Assembly: GCF_004010195.1 (NCBI RefSeq)
Contig: NC_057751.1
Coordinates: 19,707,199-19,771,198, forward strand
Direction of reading: 5' to 3'
DNA length: 64,000 nucleotides
Origin: Chiloscyllium plagiosum
Lineage: Eukaryota
Shown piece by piece: positions 38,370-52,766 of the stretch. Under the pieces are notes generated by a model. That model ran no database searches and was not told where the DNA came from. It saw nothing but the letters and a program-made list of their open reading frames with translations. The position numbers and the translations under genes are program-made. Numbering within the stretch: the stretch's first letter is position 1; the number at the start of each line of letters is the position of its first letter.

Positions 38370-39110
38370 GACTTGGAATGATTACAGTATAGGAGGTCAT
38401 TCTGCCTACCATGTTCATGCTAGCTCCTTACATAAGTAATGTGCTCACCCAAATTCACTTTAAAGCAATAATCTAATGAAGTCTTCATCTTGCTCATGGT
38501 CAGCACATCAACGGATCGTAACCACTTGTTGTGGAAAAATATTTTCATGTTGCCATTGCTTCTTCTGCTTGAATCTACGTCCTCTGGTTCTTGACCCTTT
38601 TGTCAATGGTAACAGTTTCTCTCCAGGTACTGTCAAGGCCTCTCATGGTTTTGAGCACTTTTAAACTTTTCTTTCTCTAAGCAGACCCAGCCCAGCTTCA
38701 CCAATATACCCACATTACCCATATACACTTATCCTGGAAGCATTCTTGCATGTTTCCTACACTTTTTCGAAAGTTTTCACATTCCAGAAGTGCAATGCCA
38801 GAATGTGACACTTTACTCCAGTTGAGGCCAAACCAGTGCATTACAAAGACTCAACTTCCTTGCTTTTGTACTCTATGCCTATATTTATGAAGCTCAGGAC
38901 CCCATATGCTTGCCGCCATTGACAATTAATGTACATATACCCCAAAAATTTCTCTGTTGCTGCAACCCTGTTAGAATTACACCCTTGATTTATATTGTTG
39001 TTCTAATTGTTCCTCCCAGATTCCACTATCACTATCCTCTTCACAGTTCATGATACTTCTTCCAAAATTATACCCTGTACACCCAAACACAAGTCAGCAA
39101 CATTGACCAA
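38370..39110 (-). mobile_element. Old CR1 3' remnant
   Basis: CCTCTGGTTCTTGA...CTCCAGTTGAGGCCAAACCAGTG...CTTGCTTTTGTACTCTATGCC, a reverse-complement CR1 ORF2 C-terminal pattern. Confidence 0.6.
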
Positions 39111-42100
39111 GAAAAGCTGGAGCCAAGTACTGACTCTCGAGAACACCAACATAGCAAAGATGCAAGGTATTGAGATGAGGAGTGAGAGGGGCAGGTTCAG
39201 AGGAGCACGGATCCAAGTCGTACACTAGCCCCTTAAAGATTCTGGTCAAGTTAATTTAATCTATTACTTATCCATCAATGAAGTCAGATCAGATTTTGCC
39301 CTCACCTTGGGATGTGATCACACTATTCCATACTCAGGTGGACAAGTCCATATGGGGATCACAGCAAATAACATGACTAGCACTTTAAAAAATATTTGAA
39401 GTATTTGAGTTGGATTCCCCGTCGAGCTGCTGTGGTCTCTTTAGCTCATCAATATTTATAAGTATTTCACTTTAATATGCATGCCATGATGCTGACCTGC
39501 AAAACAGCTCATGAATATGCTGATCAGTGCACAGTGGCTGGAAGTGGACAGAGAAAGAGTTGACAGATGTTGCAATCAATTACAAACAGTTGGGTTGAGA
39601 AACAAGCAGTTTCATTAAACTCCAAAGATAGAAGGAATATGTAAATAGGTTAGACTGTAGCAAATTGTGGCACATTTCCTGAGTGTGTCATTTTTGGACC
39701 ATAATTTAAATGTTGGAATACTAACAAGATCCTTCGGGGTCAGCATCACTATGTGCATATTAAGTTGGCTTGTGAATATTTATAAGCATCAGCAGGCTAG
39801 TCTCTCCCTCTCTCTCTTCGGTTACTGTGATTAGTTTTAGAACATTAAGGGTTCCTACTTCTTAAATGAACTTGTGCATCCCCAATTCCCATTATTGGGA
39901 GCGATGCCTTCAGTCTCTTGGACCGTAAACTCTGGGAAATTCTTCCCAAAACTCCGCTTTTGAGACTCCATAAAACCTACCACTTTGGCCAAGCTTTTCA
40001 TCACCTTGTGGTTCAGTGTTCGTTGTTTGATAAAACTACTTTTACACAGACAAGGGATGTGGGCATGGCTGGTAAGGCCATCCATTTATTGCCTTTGCCA
40101 TTCTTAACTTTGGTGGAGAATTGCCTTTTGAATACAACTGGAATGGCTTGCGAGACCATTTCAGAGGGTAGTTAACCACAAACCACATTTTTGTGGGTCT
40201 GGACTCACATTAGGTTATATCATGTAAGGACAACAGATACCACTCCCTAAAAAGCATCACTGAACAAGATGGATTTTTATTTAATTAACTAAATTTAAAA
40301 TTTCCTGGCTGTCATGATGAAATCTATTTCCAGATTATTTCACTAGGCTTCTGGATTACAAGCCCAGTAACTACTGTGCCTGTACCCTATGCTGTATGCT
40401 TGTGAAGTACCTTAAGATATTCTACTGCTGTACAGGTGCAGTATAAACACAAGTTATTGTTGAGTGAAAACTGCAGGAAGAATGACCATCTTACCCCACA
40501 ATAGCCACTCTCTCACTATCCTGGAAGGAGAACAAACTTGGGCTGCTGTCATGTACATGCACCCTCGCAGCCAGATTAAGAATAGAACTGAGAGGCCTTT
40601 GAGAAGTTTGCCAGCTTATTTTCTACTCTGTATGCTGGAGTAATGGAAATCCAACGAGTGTAGCAGGAGAAAAAAAATTGGCAGAGAAAATAATAAGCCA
40701 CTTTTGTACAAATAGCCCAAAGTGACCTCAGCTATATACAGCCTCAACCAGGTCTGCAAGTGGATCGGTAACCAGAGACCGCAAATTAAGGCAATTACCA
40801 AAGCTTGAAGTGTCAGCAGACGCAGATTCAACAGCAACTTTGAAAAGAGAATTGAATTACTATTTTATAAAAAGGAAAAGTTTACAAAAATATGGGGCAA
40901 GAGTAGTGGGATGAATAAAACTGCTGTTTCAAGGAATTGTCACTGACATGATGGGCTCAGTGCCTTCTTCTGTGCATCCTTATTTTGAGGGTCAGCAATG
41001 AATTCAATGGCCTATTAAAAATGCTAGTGAAAATGTTATCAGTCTGGCACTTACTTTAGAGCATCTCACATTCAGAATGTTAAATAATTCAGCCCATTAC
41101 AGTAGCCCCCACTCTCAATAACAAAACTTCAAACTCAGTTTGCTTTTGCATTAAAATGGAGATAAAGTTGAGACCTAAAGTACAAGATAGAGAGAGTTGG
41201 AAAGAGAACTCAAGAATAGATTAAATTACATAAGATTGCTTTTTGAAAGCTGATAGATAGAAGTAAAAGGAAGGCAGACAGTGAGGGGATCCACAGTTCT
41301 GAAGACAGAGGAAGGACACAGAAATAGGAATTTCCATCAAAGTTACGATTACAGCGCAGAGGAAGTACACATAGTACACACTTGAGGTTTAGAAGGGACA
41401 ATGAACTCTCTTGTAGCCCCATGGTCTGTGTTTAATGACCACTTCTTTGGTACATGAGTCTCCTCACCAACACCTATGTAATTCTTAACACAGCAAACTG
41501 GCAGATCAGTGCACTCACTGCCAGCTTTATTTTAGTCACTGCTTATAACTGCCTAGGCTTTAAAAGAGGAAACTTGGCAACTGATATTTTTGCATTGAAA
41601 GCTTCCTACAACTCAGATGAGAGGTTTCCTCTAATTTCTCGTAATAAGCAATCACTACTCCACCGTAAAATCTAGAGAGGTTGATTAATAGGTGAAAGGT
41701 ACACACCATAGAATTCATAGCCACTAATTCAACTTCAGGGTTCCAGTAATATTCCAAACTATGAAATCAAAGCGCAAACAGTTTGTCATACAAACACAAA
41801 GACTGAATTGAAATCAACACATTGCACAAACGCCAGAAATCAAATATTCATTTGTTCCAATACCAGAGCAAGTAGCTCATTTTAATCAAGTGAATTAAAA
41901 AAAAATGATTTGCATGGATTACTGTATATATTGAACAAGTTTATGATGTAGGACCTGTTAGAGTCTGCAATATTGCTATACCTTGTAATAGTAGCTCACA
42001 GGAAAATTTGTATCTATTGTGAAGGGAATCTCTCTTCATAAAGAGGAGTTGATCAACTTGGGGAGACAAGGGGCAACTTGCTTCAACCTTCATTGGATTG

Positions 42101-45100
42101 TAAAATGAAGAGGAGACAGTGGTCTTTATTTCAAAGGGGTGGGGGAAAGGAAGGAGAAAGCAAGAGTAAGGGAGAAGAGACAGGACGACTATAAATGGTG
42201 TGTATGAGCCCTGCAGTGGAGAACCAAGTGGTGTGGAAACTTAGGTAATCTTAATAACAACCCTATTAATAAGTCTCCCAAACACCACCTTGAGGGCTTT
42301 TCTGATGCAGTGGCAGTGTCCCTACTTCTGAGCCAGGAGGCCCAGGTTTCAGACCCACCTGCTCCAATGTGCAATATTCTTGAATAGGTTGATTAGAAAG
42401 TACTACCTAAATCCCTCACGAGCCCAACCAGACTAACGACCTGGCCAGCAGAACAGGGATGTTGTTGCCTCAGGTGATCCTTACTTCTCCACTCTCAAGT
42501 TGGAAGTTCAAATCAGGGCCAACGTGTCCAGAACGAGTGACTTCAGTTGTTTGTGATGCACCTTCTCTTTTGATAAAATGTTCAGGAATAAAATTGATCC
42601 TGCTCAGGATATAGAGGGGAGTGGGGTGGAACAACTTGCTGTACAAGGATGACCACCCTACCATACAAAGTATTTAGAGATCCAAAATAAGACAAGCTTT
42701 AGAAGTGTGACACTCATTCTCAGGTTTCGTTCAAAATATGACTGGTCTCAAAGAACTGGTAAATTAGTACTTAAACAACTTTTTTCTAATCTTGTGCAGT
42801 TGGGACTTTGATGGCTGCAAATATTTAAATCTTTGAGTCATGGCTGTAGCAGTGGTAGTGTTTGTGCAGGAGCTGCAGGTAGTGTGGAAGTAGCCCAGTA
42901 GAGTAACAGTAGAGGTTAAGAACTTGAGGATCAATTTTGCTTTATGACCATTTCCTTCACTCAATGGAGGGGCCCCTAAAATTGAAAATGTCTTCTCAAT
43001 CCATTGAGTTACTGCAACCTGAAAGATCAAGTTTGGGAAAGGGTTAATCCATATCCAAAGCTGCTTTCAGTTCTAAACCTTCATACTGCTGCACAACTCT
43101 ATTTCATTCTTTCCTTCCATCATCACCACCTTGTACACATTTGAACATCAGCATCCTCCACATCTAACAACTGAAGCCTAAACAGCAATACAGAGGGAAT
43201 GAAAAGACCCTGGGATAGCTGGACTGAAACAAAATGCAAACTTTGAACAAGATGTAGGAGAATGATATAAAAGCGATACCCAAATGCATAAAAGCCTTGT
43301 TCAGATTGGGTCTTGAAAACATTAATTGTTAAACAGTCCTACCTTGAATAACTCATGCTAATCACACTCATATTTATGCTTATCCCTTTATGTAAATATA
43401 AGTGTGAATATGTGATCATGCAAACTAAATACATATCGAAATGCCAGATTATACCAATGGGGAAAGTGGCACAACACCAGTCTCGAGAAGTATGTCATAC
43501 TTAGTACCATTATTAGAAATCCCCATATTTTGCTATAAATAAATGCAACATTTAGCTTCCCCAGTGTAACAAGGTGTAAAGTACCAAACAGCTTTGACTT
43601 TTGATGGCATTTCAGGAAAAGCAGTCTTTATCATGCTACATTGAAAGAGGGGTTAACTCATTTGCAAGTTATATCAGCATAATAAGATGGGTCAAAAAAT
43701 GGATACAGCAAATAATGGCAGATTTTATGAAATTGCTATCTGCAGGGGTTTCTGAAACAAGCTTTTTGTAGTCATATATTATAAATGGGGTGCATTAAAT
43801 TCCAGTTGGGTGTTTTTAAACTATATTGGACAAGAAAGAAAGTCTATACTTAAATATGATGGCCATCTTGGCAAAAACTCACCATGGTCACACTGTTGGA
43901 GCTAACCTTTCATCCCTCTGAAGCAGTTTAGACAGTGTATTAAAGATAAATATTGAAAGCCAGCTTTCAATACATATCGACTGTATACATTCTATTGATG
44001 TATTTCAGATGGTGTTGAGATTCTAGAATGAGGGGATGACAAAAGTGATCTTCAGGCCACTTGGTCAATACTAAAAACCAGAATGGTATTCAACATCTAG
44101 CAGAATGGAAATTGGGCAAGCAGAAGGTGGTCCAGTGCCGCCAGTCAGATTACAAACAGCTGCCTAATTTGGATTCAATGTATTCAGTACATGACAGACA
44201 AGACACCAATAATTTTCATAAACCACCCAGAAGATAACCAAATCAGCTGTAAGCTTGCCTAAGCTTTACGTATATATTGTATAAACTGAAGTTAATAAAG
44301 TTGCTTGTATTAGTTATGTTCATGTTGTGTATATCATTCCTTCAAAATTTGTCCTATTTTGTTTTGGTACAATGAAATATTTGCATAGAAAGTAGTAGGG
44401 ATTTGTTGAAGATCAAGTTAAATCATGTGTTTGAAATCCTATTATTGCAGAAAATTTCTGATCTGCCAAGTGCTGAAATATTGCTTTGAATCTTTGCTTT
44501 AGCTCGTGGTTGTTTTTGAGCAATAAAAAACATTTATACAGAAGTGTAATTCTTGCATTGTAAAAATTAGGCAAAATCATGGAGTACTTGAACAGTGTGG
44601 TAGGAGTGATGGAAATTAGAGACAGTAGAAGACAAAAAGAAAACTTCATAGCAACTGAATGATGCATGAATGAAGAATAAAGGCCGAGATATGAACCTAA
44701 CCCAACTTAATCGAATAACCTTTATATGCTATGGTAAGTGAAGTGAATTTGGGCCATTTCAACTCTTCTACTGGATGTAGCTCTACTCAGCATAATAGGA
44801 TAGTGTTAAGATTTGGGTTCTATAGGAATTGCAATATGAAAACAGCAAGTTCAGCAAGAGCAGACCATGTTGGGGATGACCTTCCACAAGCACGTGTATA
44901 TACTATAATGATCCACCTTCTGATTTTCCCAAACCCATGGAGATGCGTCCTCTGTAAACAACAAGTCAACAATTCAGTGGAACATGATTGAACCTACCTT
45001 TGTGGCCACTATGCAGCCAGACTCCAGGACACAGTAGTCCCGTGGATGAATAACTAGAAATGGGTGCATTGGAAATTTACATTATCAGTTAAATATACTT

Positions 45101-45882
45101 TGAGACATTACCAGACGTCAGTGTGCAAATTAAGCTCGAGGAAAATGCAGAAGCCTCTGCTTGTAGCAGTCAAGTTTATCCAAGGCTTGGGAAAAGTAGA
45201 GAACCAAGGAAGACAGAGGACTGTGAAATTCATCGTTACAAACAAATATAATCTAAACATGCCCTGCACCAGTCTAAATTTAGAGAATTATGTTTGTATT
45301 TTCCTCTATGGAGGTGCTGAAGGATCAATCTTTCATTTTACACCTTCCCCCTAGCTGCACAATAATGCCAGATTCCTGCCTTCAGTCAGTGTTCTTGGAA
45401 AATCTATCTTGACAGAACTATAAATCTCAAAGGAAATGTGATACAGCAACACTTGCATACCTGACCTCCTCCAGTCTCAGGCATTCAGAGTCTTCACAAG
45501 TTAATTTTGTAACTTTTGCTGTATTTTTGTTCCATTTTCAAATGATTCTAGAAATCAAAGTCCTTAAACCCAGAAGAAACACTTGCACAAAATAGCATTC
45601 AAGCCTCAGTCCATTTCTTATGGCTCCTAAAATAAAAATAAAGTTGCACAAAGCAGACAATAAATCGTAGGACACTATTTGCATGGTTTAACAGGACCAA
45701 TTGTGCAGTTGATGCCTCATTGTTTAAATGAGGAACTACTCTCCTAGCCTGTAAACTCGACCTCATGCAGCTCTTCCAGTGATGGCCCATATAACTTTTG
45801 GACAATTGATCCTAATCTGGTTCTGAACTATGCCTGCACGAGACTACCTTTTAACAAAGGTGATTGGATAGTGATCAGGAAG

Positions 45883-46079
45883 GTAAAAACAATGACTGCA
45901 GATGCTGGAAACCAGAGTCTAGATTAGAATGGTGCTGGAAAAGCACAGCAGTTCAGGCAGCATCCGAGGAGCAGTAAAATCCTGTGTTCATCAGGAGGGC
46001 TTTTGCCCAAAACGTCGATTTTACTGCTCCTCGGATGCTGCCTGAACTGCTGTGCTTTTCCAGCACCACTCTAATCTAG
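45883..46079. mobile_element. Foldback mini-element family A with 63-bp inverted arms and 14-bp direct flanks
   Basis: Arms 45919-45981 and 46017-46079 (62/63 complementary); TAGTGATCAGGAAG at 45869-45882 and 46077-46090. Confidence 0.9.
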
Positions 46080-46254
46080 TGATCAGGAAGCTGGTTGATG
46101 CCACCCCTTCCCAATGAAGGGCTAATAACACAACTATTCTGCCTCTGCTCACAGTAAAACCAATTAGCTCTGTTCAAATCAAAAACGTGGCAACTTCTTG
46201 ATATTCATGTGAGGCATGATCTCCCATGCACAAAGCCACGCTGACTGACACACT

Positions 46255-46885
46255 GACCTTCAGTCAGGGCATTGCATTTCAAAGTTGGAAAGTTATGTTG
46301 CAGTTGTGCAGGACATTGGTGAGGCTGCACTTGGAGTATTGTGTTCAGTTTTGGTCACCTCCCTATAGGAAGGATGTTATTAAACTGGAAAGAGTGCAGA
46401 AGAAATTTACAAGGATGCTGGCAGGACTCAATGGTCTGAGTTATAGGGAGAGGTTGGTCAAGCTCAGACTTTTTTTCTTTAGAGTGTAGGAGATGGAGGG
46501 GCGGAGGGAAACCTTACAGAGGTATACAAGATCACAAGAGGCATGGATAAGGTGAATGCACTCAGCCTTTTTTCCAAGGTTGGGAAATCGAGGAAGACAG
46601 GGCATCAGTTTAAGGCTAGGGGTGAAAGAATAAAAGGGAACCTGAGGGGCAACTTTTTTTAGGCATAGGGTGGTACACATATGGAATGAGCTGACAGTAA
46701 AAGTGGTTGAAGCAGGTACATTGACAACATTTAAAAAGGCATTTGGACAAATACATAGATAGGAAAGATTCAGAAGGATATTTGCCAAGTGCAGGGAAAT
46801 GGGATTAACGAGGACAGACATTTTGGTCAGCATGGACCAATTTGGGAGAAAGGGCCTGTCTCCACTTAGGACTCTATGACTATGT
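46255..46885 (+). mobile_element. CR1 LINE 3' fragment
   Basis: SWKVMLQLCRTLVRLHLEYCVQFWSPPYRKDVIKLERVQKKFTRML; tail GACTCTATGACTATG. Confidence 0.9.
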
Positions 46886-49800
46886 TATTTAATCAGTTAT
46901 GATTTGGAACCTCACACTGGCCTTCTTTTTTGTACCTGCCTTCCTCCAACCTTCCACTTATTTAAAACCTATGATATTGCTACCTTGTTCCAGTTCTGAC
47001 AGAAGATAATAGAGCTGAAGCGTTAACTCTGTTCCTCTAATAGATGCTGCCTGACTTACTACTTATTTTATGAGAACGGTCACTTGAGAGATTGGGAACC
47101 CATGGACTCAACTTAAGAGGAATAAATGAAGGATATTAATTTTTTTTGGGGGGGGGGGCAGCAAGGGAGAGATGAAGAGAACGAAGGAATTACAACTGAG
47201 AAGTCAGCACTACACAGTGAAAGTACTTCCCCTTATTACTACCTCCTTTAAATGCAAGGAAATGGAATGCAGAAGACATTCAATTAAAAAGAAGATTTCT
47301 ATTCAAGTAAGTGAAATTGTCCCACTAGTCAGGTCTTAACAAAGGATCTGGGGGCAGGAAACAGAGCACGGTTTGATCCTACGCTCTTTAGATGCAAATT
47401 GTTGAAGATTCCTTCTGTTTTAAGACCAGGTTTTCCCACATACAACGGATGTAAGGAGGAAGACCCCCTACCTGTTCTCTATAAACCAACGACAACGCGG
47501 GTATACAGCACATTTAGGGATCTTAGTGCAATTACTTATCCTTTCTTCAATGACAAAATAGGGCGAAATCTTTAACCCTTACCTGCCTAGGCCTCCAAGA
47601 ACAGTCTCATTAGCCTTCCAACATTTCATAACTACTTTTATTCACTGCCCTTAAATCCTTAATTCAGCATCGACAGAAACATCAACTTACGTATTCACCA
47701 AAACAACCCAAATTTCAACATCCCACTATCTCAAACAGTATTTCATCGGTGTTAGCTTCAGCATTAAAGCAAAAAGTCTGGGCTAATTTCTGTTCATGCA
47801 GCTCACTCCTGTTCAGTGACCAGCAGCTTGAAGGCATACATCAAGTGCACCCAGTGTCAATGAGTCTGCTGCCTGGCTTAGCTGTCACTGCGTGATGTAC
47901 CACAAAGCAGCCAGTTCCATGCTTGAAGACTGAACATGGCAAAATTCACCTTTGGCAGGGTTGCAAATCCTGCTGTAACAGATCAGCTGCCCACGATACG
48001 ACCCTCCCCTCCAATTTGCAAGTAGTTATTAGAGCAGTGGTCGAAAGTCTGAACTCTGATGGTTTGTGGTGGAGGAGAAAGAGAAATGTACATGTTAGAC
48101 GAACAGTTGACCGGATTAAGCACATGCATCTTAAGAAAAACACTAATAGAATGGATGAGACTGAAAGGATTTGGAAAATGAAAACTTGGAATTCAATATG
48201 CTGAATATGGCCAAAGGAATGCAGCAACGAGGTGTTGCAATTGTGGGTACAGGCTGATAATTGATAACTGGCAATATATTTAAAACAAATCTTCACATTA
48301 AATTTACTGATCAGGGGGTCTTCAGATGTGCCTCCCTCACCTCTTCACATTGTAAAATTCCAACAAATTTCTAAGCAGGTTGTTCACACTGAAGAATTAT
48401 ATGCTAATTAGAATTTAAAAATATAATCTAAAGCAGCTACTAATGGAAGTTAGACTGTGAGAACAGTTTACAAACCTGTTGGGGGTGGGAATGAAACAAA
48501 GTTAAAAAAAAATTAAGGCCATGGAAACAACTGAGAACCTTCAGGAGGGACAGCCAGTGCTGACCTCAAAGGGTTAAGCACTTGGTTGTTAAGGAACTTG
48601 TGAGAAAGGAAACTATCCATTTAGTTCTATCGTCTACCTGTAAGGAGCCATTTAACAGAGCGAGCGGAACTAGTAGGAATGTGTGAAGATTCCAGCTTCC
48701 TTCATCTCTCCCAATAACAAATTATAGAGATTTTTTGCTTAAAGCACAATGGTAAAATAAATACACCAAATTTGGTTTCAGCAAAAAACTTCCATTTTTA
48801 AATCGTTAAGTGAATAATTATCAGGTTTCTCCAAGGAATAAGCCTTGCACTTCCGCACTGAACAGCAACAAAACAGGGTTGGTGGCCGTATGGTCAGTGG
48901 CATATTGCAGAACAATAGAGTGGGAAAGGTCAAATGTGATGGTGGCAGCAAGGGGGTTAAGGACACAATCGGAGAATGATTTTGAGTTTGTTAGATGTTT
49001 ACTAGCTGTTTATATCCTCAATTATGGAAGACAAAAGAGGAAAGTGATAAGTAGAGTCAGTAATTTGCCACAGCCTGATAATTGAATATTCCTACTAGTC
49101 ACAATTTGCTGTTAGGAAGTCAAGGAGGCTGCAAAAATGATTTGTCAATCAGAAGCTGCCAGGTTAGAGGAATGTGGAGTTTTCCTATCTTAACTTAAAA
49201 AGCATAAATTGCATTCAAAGAAGATAGCAGCACAGTTCTAGGCTCCAGTATTGTAGAAAACTATAAGCCTTACTTCCACTGCTTTGTTCCATGGCACAGG
49301 AGGATCAAAACAAATCGGTGATCGTGGTGGAAACTGGATTCAGAGACGTATCCCACTCAAATCTGGTGATGACATCCTTCATCCCTTCTGTCAAACAACT
49401 TGTCTCGTGAAGCCCTGAAATTCCACCATCAGGCTTAAATGGCAGAGGCCACACCCCTCACCACAAAATACAATGTTGACCCAGGTTACTTCAAAGGCAC
49501 ATTGGAAAATATGTGAATGACTATTCCAAAACAAAATAAAATCTCAGAAATAAAGGATCCTACCAGTAAATCAGTTCCCGCTTGAGGCATACCAACTAGG
49601 AAGATTCAAATCACTAGTGCTCAATTAGCAGCTGCTCCATTCAGCCTGAGCATCTGACCCCTGTTCCAGGTAAATATGCAACCAGAGGATCAGGTCCATC
49701 GACATGGCAGTGATGGCTAACGCCACTATACTGCATTAAGGTGAATAGACATTTTAGTGGAACACCTAGGATCAAACAAATATGTCAGCCCCCACTAAAC

Positions 49801-50169
49801 TATGGAGGCTCAGTAGAGTTTGCTGATGTCAACAAGGAGTGAAGTTCGGTGCTATAATCACTCATTCTCAACACACGTCAGCTGCAGGCAGTCCAACAGG
49901 AAGGGGAAAACAAAGAGGAAAACGTAAGAAGTACTTGTGTTTGATCACTATCCTCTAATTGCTCGTGGAAGTGTTGAGGGATGTCAGGAAGGGCAGGCTT
50001 GCTGGCATGTCTCTACAATAGAAGCTTGCCAGCACCATATGGTCAGAGGCTTCATCCATGAGAAACAAACACTGAAATAAAAGACTCCTGAATCAAGAGT
50101 CAGGAGTTCCAGGAAAGAGAAAAGGTGGAGAAAATGAAATGCCTGACTCATACCCGCTCCCCCGCTGAG

Positions 50170-50651
50170 GAGAGGGGCGGGTAGAGAGAGAGCGGGGGGA
50201 GAGGCAGTGAGTGAGAGAGTGACACAGAGCGGGGAGAGAGAAGAGAGAGAGAGAGAAGAGAGAGAGAGAGGTGAGGGTGATAGGCCGGAAAGGGGGTGGG
50301 GGCGGAGAGATCGGGAAGAAGATTGCNNNNNNNNNNNNNNNNNNNNNNNNNNNNNNNNNNNNNNNNNNNNNNNNNNNNNNNNNNNNNNNNNNNNNNNNNN
50401 NNNNNNNNNNNNNNNNNNNNNNNNNNNNNNNNNNNNNNNNNNNNNNNNNNNNNNNNNNNNNNNNNNNNNNNNNNNNNNNNNNNNNNNNNNNNNNNNNNNN
50501 NNNNNNNNNNNNNNNNNNNNNNNNNNNNNNNNNNNNNNNNNNNNNNNNNNNNNNNNNNNNNNNNNNNGCGCGAGAGCGAGAGCGCGAGAGCGAGAGCGCG
50601 AGAGCGAGAGCGCGAGCGAGCGAGAGCGAGCGCGAGAGCGAGCGCGAGAGC

Positions 50652-50685
<34 letters not shown>

Positions 50686-50690
50686 GCAGG
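50170..50690 (+). repeat. GA/GAGC microsatellite tract interrupted by an assembly gap
   Basis: (GA)n and (GCGAGA)n runs flank 241 Ns at 50327-50567. Confidence 0.95.
50327..50567. other. Assembly gap (241 N)
   Basis: Run of N in the sequence. Confidence 1.
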
Positions 50691-51917
50691 TGGGAATGGA
50701 CGAGGGAACGGGCAAGTAAGCACAAGACAGAGGAAGCCAGAGAGCGTGATCAAGCGAGAGAGTGTGTGCGATCAAGCCAGCGAGAGCGAACATCGCCACA
50801 AGTTTTAAATAAAAGAAAGAAGAGCTTACACAAACACTCTGGGTCACTTGAAACTTCAAGATAAAAATGGTGTAAAAGAACAGAATAAACAGAAAGCAGA
50901 ATAATTCATGCTTGCATGTGGCATACCAGACATCACCCAATTATCACAATTCAACTGACTCTGATGATCTATAAGCCATGATCTACCAATTTTGTTCTCC
51001 AACAAGAGGAGAAAAAAAAAGTGGGATACTTTATCACTAATTTGAAGCTGAAAATGTTCCGATACAGATTGCTCTCATCCTTTGTAATCAATGTAAATCT
51101 GGTCTCAAACAAAAGGAGAAGACCCAAATCAGCTCAACTGTTAATCCAGCTCGGACGCTCAATTTCTATAGGAATTCTGAGAGTAGTATACTATATTCAA
51201 CAGATGGTACTATGCAACAAGATAAACGGGGAGGGTTTAAATCTCGTGTGGAATGACTTAGGACAATATGAAATCCAATTTCTTTTTTGAAATCAATAAT
51301 AAGTGACTTCAGTTACCAGTATTTTATGATTTTGAGTGGAGGGAGAATGATTTATGCGGCTTGCAATATGCATTATTTATTATGTGACCAGAAGGATGAA
51401 TGTTCATATCTAGGATTGTGTTTCAGTTTGACCAAAATGGACTGGAAGAAATTAGCAAAAACACCCTCTTGACACAAACAAAATAATAAAAATCCTTTCC
51501 AAAGGAACTATCACCTGTGCTCAATAGGTTATTGCAGGCTGGCAATGGATACGGAATAACTTGTATTTTTTTGAATAGCCTGAGCCAAGTTGTTGCCATT
51601 GTCTGTTGATGACCAGCGTTTACTGCAATTTGCCTAATGCCCCATCATCAGGGTTTTTGTCACTTGAAGTGTTTGAAAAACAGGAGGATGCAATAATTTC
51701 ACAAAGAGTTACATGCACTCATGTTTATAAATGAAGACTTTCGCAGCTTGCAACGTTTAACAAAGACACAATGTTTTTTAATTATTTAATCAAGTCTCAC
51801 TTGGTTGTACAGTACCTGCATAAAGTTCCACTAAGATTATCTCCAGCCTGCAGCAGTGACTTGCGCTCCTTGTTATCTCAGCATCTTATTCCTGATGCAA
51901 CTGTACATTCTAGCTGT

Positions 51918-51923
51918 TTTAAT
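51918..51923 (-). terminator. Candidate SARNP poly(A) signal (ATTAAA)
   Basis: ATTAAA on the minus strand about 165 nt after the stop codon; more ATTAAA near 51780-51790. Confidence 0.35.
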
Positions 51924-52085
51924 TAAATAAGTCATCTAATTTCTGACACCTTGCAAACATCCATTACTGCAAACTGATACACAATAGGGAAATAAAGCAC
52001 ATTTCAGTTTAAAAAGTATCCTAGAAAAAAAATCTACTTGATACACATTTAAAATATTCTTGGTAAAAAAAAAAGCATGGTGTTA

Positions 52086-52127
52086 TCAGACAATTCCAAA
52101 ACGTTCTGCTCTTTTCCTCTTCTTTGC
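52086..52127 (-). CDS. sarnp: SARNP last coding exon (AKKRKRAERFGIV*)
   Basis: cttctttttttag|GCAAAGAAGAGGAAAAGAGCAGAACGTTTTGGAATTGTCTGA; human ends AKKRKRAERFGIA*. Confidence 0.95.
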   Translation of the reverse strand, partial: AKKRKRAERFGIV

Positions 52128-52682
52128 CTAAAAAAAGAAGGTATCAATATCAGAAAGTCTATTCATTTACAATTCATTTCTTATACGATAAATTGATCCT
52201 AGTCATCTTAATGAATTCAGCAATGATTATATCACGAGAGTTCGCAGAACAATGATTCATCATCCACATCCAGCATGAGAACCATAATTCTATTGATGAT
52301 GGAATCGATCATATATACTATGTAGAACTATTATATAGCATATTCGAGAATATATCCATATTACCACTCAACCACAAGGCAATTACATCAAATTTTGATT
52401 CATTAGTTTGGAGTACACAGGGAACAGGAGATGGTAGATTTGTATCTTCACTCCATTCAACTGCTGGAGCCTGTGACCTTTCATTACTCCTCCCCACCCC
52501 CACCCGACAGACACAAGGTCTGATCAACCTTAGATTTAAAATGATTAGATTTGCAATTGCTAAAAGCAACAAAATAAAACATTTACGCATATTATACATT
52601 ACTAAAACCAGTCATGTAAAAACCTAGAGATCAGAGCTGGTGTGTTTCCATGGTGTTGGCTAATTATGTTGAGTTTGATTAC

Positions 52683-52766
52683 CTCAACATCATCCCCGCC
52701 TCCCGCTGAACTGGTCACAATTCCAAATCGCTCCTTTCTCTTTTTCATTTTTTCATCATCTTCAGT
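52683..52766 (-). CDS. sarnp: SARNP penultimate coding exon (TEDDEKMKKRKERFGIVTSSAGGGDDVE)
   Basis: ttacttgtag|ACT...GAG|gtaatc, 84 nt; homologous to human SEDDEKLKKRKERFGIVTSSAG. Confidence 0.95.

Noticed and set aside
49984..50940. Long SR/RE-rich ORFs in all six frames
   Set aside because: Artefacts of GA/GAGC microsatellites and the N gap, not an SR protein.
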